Assembly (NCBI GenBank): GCA_963716725.1
Contig: CAVQUB010000012.1
Location: 32,001 to 96,000, forward strand
Length of the DNA stretch: 64,000 nucleotides
Origin: an uncultured delta proteobacterium
GTDB taxonomy: Bacteria > Myxococcota_A > Polyangia > Polyangiales > Polyangiaceae
Direction of reading: 5' to 3'
The notes under the pieces were generated by a model. It did not search any database. It saw nothing but the letters and a program-made list of their open reading frames with translations, and had not been told where the DNA came from. Positions 59,715 through 64,000 of this stretch are shown in pieces (position 1 is the first letter of the stretch; every line of letters begins with the position of its first letter). Made by a program: the position numbers and the translations under genes.

Positions 59715-62083
59715 ATGGCCTGGGGTGCAAGGTTCGGATCGGGGTGCTTTGGGGGTGTGCTGTCGCTGCTGGTTGGCTTTGCGTTGCTCCCATCGGGGTG
59801 CTCCAGCGAGTCGACGAACAACGTCATTGGCCAGCCGGACGCGGGCCAGCCGGACACGGGCCAGCCGGACACGGGCCAGCCGGACGCGAATGATGCCGGC
59901 TCGGGCACCTGCTCGGACGGCGTGAAGAACGGTTCCGAGGTCGCCGTCGACTGCGGTGGCGGCTGCCTGTGTAGCACCGGACAGCCGTGCCAGCTTGCCG
60001 GCGACTGTGCGAGCAGCGTGTGCGCCGGCGGCAAATGCCAGCCGCCGAACTGCACCGACGGCTACAAGAACGGCGACGAAAGCGACATCGACTGCGGTGG
60101 CAACGCATGCCCCGCGTGCGCCGCTCTGAAGGCGTGCGCGGTCTCCGCCGACTGCCTGAGCAAGGTGTGCAAGGGCGGCGTGTGCCAGGCCCCGACCTGC
60201 AGCGACCTCGCCCAGAACGCGGACGAGACCGACGTCGACTGCGGCGGGTCCACCTGCGGCGCGTGCGCCGATGGCAAGGCGTGCGTCGCGCCGTCCGATT
60301 GCGTGAACGGGCTGTGCGCCAGCGGCAAGTGCGTTCCGGCAAGTTGCCTGGACGGCGTGCTCAACGGCGACGAAACCGACAAGGACTGCGGCGGAAGCTG
60401 TGCCAGCTGCAACGACGGTCAGATCTGTGGCGCCGGCGCTGACTGCAAGAGCCTGGTGTGCTCTTCCGGCACTTGTCAGATCGCGAGCTGCAACGACACT
60501 GCGAAGAACGCCCTGGAAACGGACGTGGACTGCGGCGGGCCCATATGCCCCAAGTGCGCCGCCCCCCTGGCCTGCGCGCAGGCCAGCGACTGCCAGAGCG
60601 CTATTTGCTTGGGCAACAAGTGCCAGGCTGCAAGCTGCACCGACAGCGTGAAGAACGGCGCAGAGAGCGACGTCGATTGCGGTGGCAACCTGTGCTCGGG
60701 GTGTCTGAACGGCCAGACCTGCTCCGCCGGAGCGGATTGCAAAAGCGGCGGCTGCGCCAGCGCCATCTCACAGTGTGGTCCCTGGGCCAAGCGATTCGGC
60801 GATACGACCGAGGAATACGCGCACACGGTCGCCGTGGACTCGCAAGGCAACATCATTCTGGTTGGCGAGTTCTGGGGCAGTGTGAGCTTCGGTGGCGCGA
60901 CGTTCACCGCCCTGGGGACCCACCCCGATGCCTTCGTCGTCAAGCTCTCACCGAGCGGCGCCCATCTGTGGTCCAAGCAGTTCGGGGGCACGGGGATCGA
61001 CATTGCCTACGGGGTGGCGGTGGACGCCAGCGACGACATCGTGGTGACGGGCGGCGCGGACAGCACCAACTTCGGCGGCGGGCTGCTCACCAGCAAGGGA
61101 AGCGTAGACGCCTTCATCGTCAAGCTGAAGGGCAGCGACGGCTCGCACATCTGGTCCACCCTGGTCGGCGGACTCATCGCCGAATACGCCCAGAGCGTAG
61201 CGGTGGTCCCGCCCACCGGCGACGTGGTGATCGTGGGTCGGGCATATTCTGCGTCGTACTCGCTCGGCGGCGCCACCTTCACTGGGAAGGGGGGCATGGA
61301 CGCCTTTGTCGCCAAGTACAAGGGCAGTGACGGCTCGCACCTCTGGTCGAAGGGCTTTGGCGACACCGGCGAGGAGCGCTTGGGCCGGGTGGCGGTGGAT
61401 TCCGCCGGAAATGCCTTCGTTGCCGGCTCCTTCACCACGTCCATTGACCTGGGAGGCGGGTCCCTGCCGACCGCCGGCAGCCTGGACATGATCGTCGGCA
61501 AGCTCGCTTCCGCGAACGGCGCCCACCTGTGGTCGAAAGCGTTCGGCGGGACGCTCGGCGATGCGTTGTCTGGCATTGCGGTGGACCCCGCCGGCGATCC
61601 CGTGGTTACCGGGTCCATGGGCACTGCCATCACTCTCGGCGGCGCCGTGCTCCCTTACGTCGCACTGTCCGACGTCGTGATCGCCAAGTTCAACGGCTCG
61701 AATGGTTCCCACTTGTGGTCGGTCGCCGCCGGCGGGGGAGCTTCGACCTGGGCAACTCCGTTGCCTTTTTCGGCAGCGATCCAATTGTTGCGGGCAGCTA
61801 TCTCTCCGGCGCTCTCAACTTTGGCGGCGGCAACTTGCCGGCCGGCAGCGGCGACGCGCTGTTCATGGTCCGTCTCACCGGCTCTACCGGCGCGCACGTG
61901 GCTTCCGCAGGTTATGCGCCGACCACGGGCAAGCTGCTCCAACGAGGCTTGGCCATCAGCCCCGTCTCTAACAGCGTCGTGATCAGCGGCTCTGTCACCG
62001 GCACTGCCAGCATCGGCACGTCGCTGCTGACCGCCGTCGGAGGGAGTGACGCCTTCGTGGCAAGCTTTGGTCCGCTGCCCTGA
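59715..62083 (+). CDS. Large surface lipoprotein (DxDCGG Cys repeats + beta-propeller), frameshift near 61735
   Basis: PSGC lipobox; NGDETDVDCGG repeats; DAFVVK/HLWSK repeats; last blades continue in the frame ending at 62083. Confidence 0.85.
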
Positions 62084-62109
62084 GCGTCACGCGGGGCTGC
62101 ACCACCGGC

Positions 62110-62246
62110 GACATCGCTGGAGAGATTGTCCCCGCTGCTCCGGTCCGAAGCGCTGGGCGGCCCGCCCTGAGCCACTCTCGACCTCGAACTGCGACGCGCG
62201 TACCCCGAGTCCCGGCGAGTGTTGCCAGATGGGATTTCCTACGCGC
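62110..62246 (+). mobile_element. Small IS91-like remnant (transposase 3' piece + right end)
   Basis: 62125-62148 identical to 23945-23968; ends ..TTCCTACGCGC like 24294 and 36170. Confidence 0.7.
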
Positions 62247-62349
62247 CAAGCCTTCCGCAAGCGGTTGGATGCGGAAGGCTTGGTGGGTGGTTCGACGGGC
62301 ACGTCATCGACGCCGCCACGCGCTGTCGAGCGAGCGCACTCAGTCAGCG

Positions 62350-63480
62350 CTAGGGCGTGGTCGCCCCCGTGATGTAGTAGCCATACTTCGCGTAGGTCTG
62401 GACGTATTCGTAGCTCAGCCGGACGTAGCCAGCGTGACCCGAGTCCGCACCCCAACTGTTCTTCATCTCGAAGTAGTTGCCGGCGCGGTTGTAGCCGACC
62501 ATCAACATGGCATGGCCGGCATAAGCGGCGGCCGGATTGCCGCCCACGAGCTGAACGTCCACCACGCCCGTGTCGATGGTTGGATCGGACCAATCGGCGC
62601 CAGCAACGTAGATGCCGAAGATGATGTCGTTGCCCGCGGCGAGCACGCTCTCGAGGTAACTCGTGTTCTCGGCAACCTGCGTTCCCGTGCCGCCCTGCGC
62701 GGTGGCAAACATCAACCGGGTCGAGGTGTGGCCGTTGGTCGCCGTGCTGCTGCAGGTGGCCGGGACGGTGACGTCACACGCCGGCAGCGCTGGGGTGTAC
62801 GCCCAGTTGGAACAAGCGCGGTCCGTCGTGAGGTACTCGGCTGCCCGCCAGGTCTGTAGCCCGTCGTTCCAACAGGACTTCTTGCCCTCCTTCGCCATGA
62901 AGATCTCGAACGCGTGTTGCTCCGAGAGATCGCGCGTCACGTCGTTCTTCCACTTGTACCAGGACTCGATGCCCGCCACGGCCGCATGCGCCACGCAGGT
63001 GCCGCGCCCGCCCTGGTTCTTGATGCCCGTCTGGCGAGCGACGTGGCTCAGGGTGTCCGGGATGAGTGCGATCTTCGGCGGCCTCTCGAACTTCAGGTAG
63101 GGCGAGGTGAAATGGGGCTGGTAGGCCTTCAGCTTGGGGTCGAGCACTGCGGCAGCCGTGAGGAGATTCTTGGGCGGACCCGGCTCGGGAACGTCGACTC
63201 GCTCGAGCACCACCTTGCGCTTGCTCTTCGCCAATGTCAGCTGTGGGAAACCTTTGGCGGTGTAGCCGAGCGCCGCCTGGACTTTCGCTTCCACGAACGG
63301 TTTTTTGCCGGCCAGCGCTTGCTTGAGCTTCGCGCCCGCAACGATCGGCTTGACCTTCAGCGTCAGCGCCGCCTTCGGCTTCACCGGCTTTGGCTCCCCG
63401 CCTGCCACTCCACCGAATGTCAATGCGATCCCGGTTGCAAACCCGACCGTGCCCAAGAGCAAAGTTCGACGACGAATCAT
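62350..63480 (-). CDS. Papain-like C1 cysteine peptidase, secreted
   Basis: NQGGRGTCVAHA, DLSEQ, GHAMLMVGY, KNSWG. Confidence 0.9.
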   Translation of the reverse strand: MIRRRTLLLGTVGFATGIALTFGGVAGGEPKPVKPKAALTLKVKPIVAGAKLKQALAGKKPFVEAKVQAALGYTAKGFPQLTLAKSKRKVVLERVDVPEPGPPKNLLTAAAVLDPKLKAYQPHFTSPYLKFERPPKIALIPDTLSHVARQTGIKNQGGRGTCVAHAAVAGIESWYKWKNDVTRDLSEQHAFEIFMAKEGKKSCWNDGLQTWRAAEYLTTDRACSNWAYTPALPACDVTVPATCSSTATNGHTSTRLMFATAQGGTGTQVAENTSYLESVLAAGNDIIFGIYVAGADWSDPTIDTGVVDVQLVGGNPAAAYAGHAMLMVGYNRAGNYFEMKNSWGADSGHAGYVRLSYEYVQTYAKYGYYITGATTP

Positions 63481-63503
63481 GATATTTTCTCCAATTCGCC
63501 CGC

Positions 63504-63884
63504 TCACGGCGGGCACCTGCCAGATTGTTCCCGGCAACTTCCGGGTGCACAGCGGCCGCGATGGAAGTCCCACTCGCGGCAACGCGAACCGTCAGCAAAG
63601 ACGCAGACCCCAACCTCCCCCGCCGGCTCGTTGACGATCTCGAGCTTGCCTCCGTTCTTCTTACAATGAACTGAGGCGGGATTCGCCAAGCCAGAGTTTT
63701 GCGGCTCAGGCGTCGACGCCGGCGGCGCGGCGGAGAGATCAGCGGGCACCGTCGTCGATTCCGACGTCGGCGCGTCCGACGTGGTCGCCGACGAAGCTGG
63801 CGAGGGCGTAGCCGCGTTCGGCGTGCAGGAGAGCACGCTGCACAGGACGCACCAGGGCGCGAAGCTCAATCTCTCCCAACGCAT
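63504..63884 (-). CDS. DUF333 lipoprotein
   Basis: LANPASVHC..GG..GVC.F.DG..C.EW. Confidence 0.85.
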   Translation of the reverse strand: MRWERLSFAPWCVLCSVLSCTPNAATPSPASSATTSDAPTSESTTVPADLSAAPPASTPEPQNSGLANPASVHCKKNGGKLEIVNEPAGEVGVCVFADGSRCREWDFHRGRCAPGSCREQSGRCPP

Positions 63885-64000
63885 GCGCGCGCCTATGCAA
63901 GCTACATTCCAGCCGGGTTAGCCCGAGTTTCTGAGACCAACCGGCCCGCTGCAGCGAAGAATTCGCGGGAAGAGCCCAGCGCGCGGCAAGCCTTGCAGAT

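Overview
GC-rich bacterial DNA; the gene content (Ser/Thr kinases, many Cys/Gly-rich lipoproteins, VWA and AgmX/TonB-like proteins, type IV pilin) suggests Myxococcota, possibly Polyangiaceae-like (inference). The window has two parts. About 1-39 kb is a patchwork of signalling genes, IS fragments (ISAs1-, IS4-, IS3-, IS110-, IS91-like), two three-gene Mu-like DDE+ExeA-ATPase transposons (one complete, with TG..CA ends and a 5-bp target duplication, splitting an HD-GYP gene), toxin-antitoxin modules, gene fragments and duplicated segments. About 39-64 kb is mostly intact genes. The most striking signal is a family of 27-bp hairpin-containing micro-insertions (two subfamilies, 11 copies). Six sit in-frame in one IS91-like transposase, two are nested in each other, and empty-site alleles exist in the same window. 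Also notable: repeated copies of the 3' end of an L,D-transpeptidase gene, a probable UGA-Sec ArsC-family selenoprotein, and a B12-radical SAM enzyme fused to a lipobox-bearing tail with repeated EM(A/V) motifs. All calls come from reading the sequence by eye; no database searches were run.
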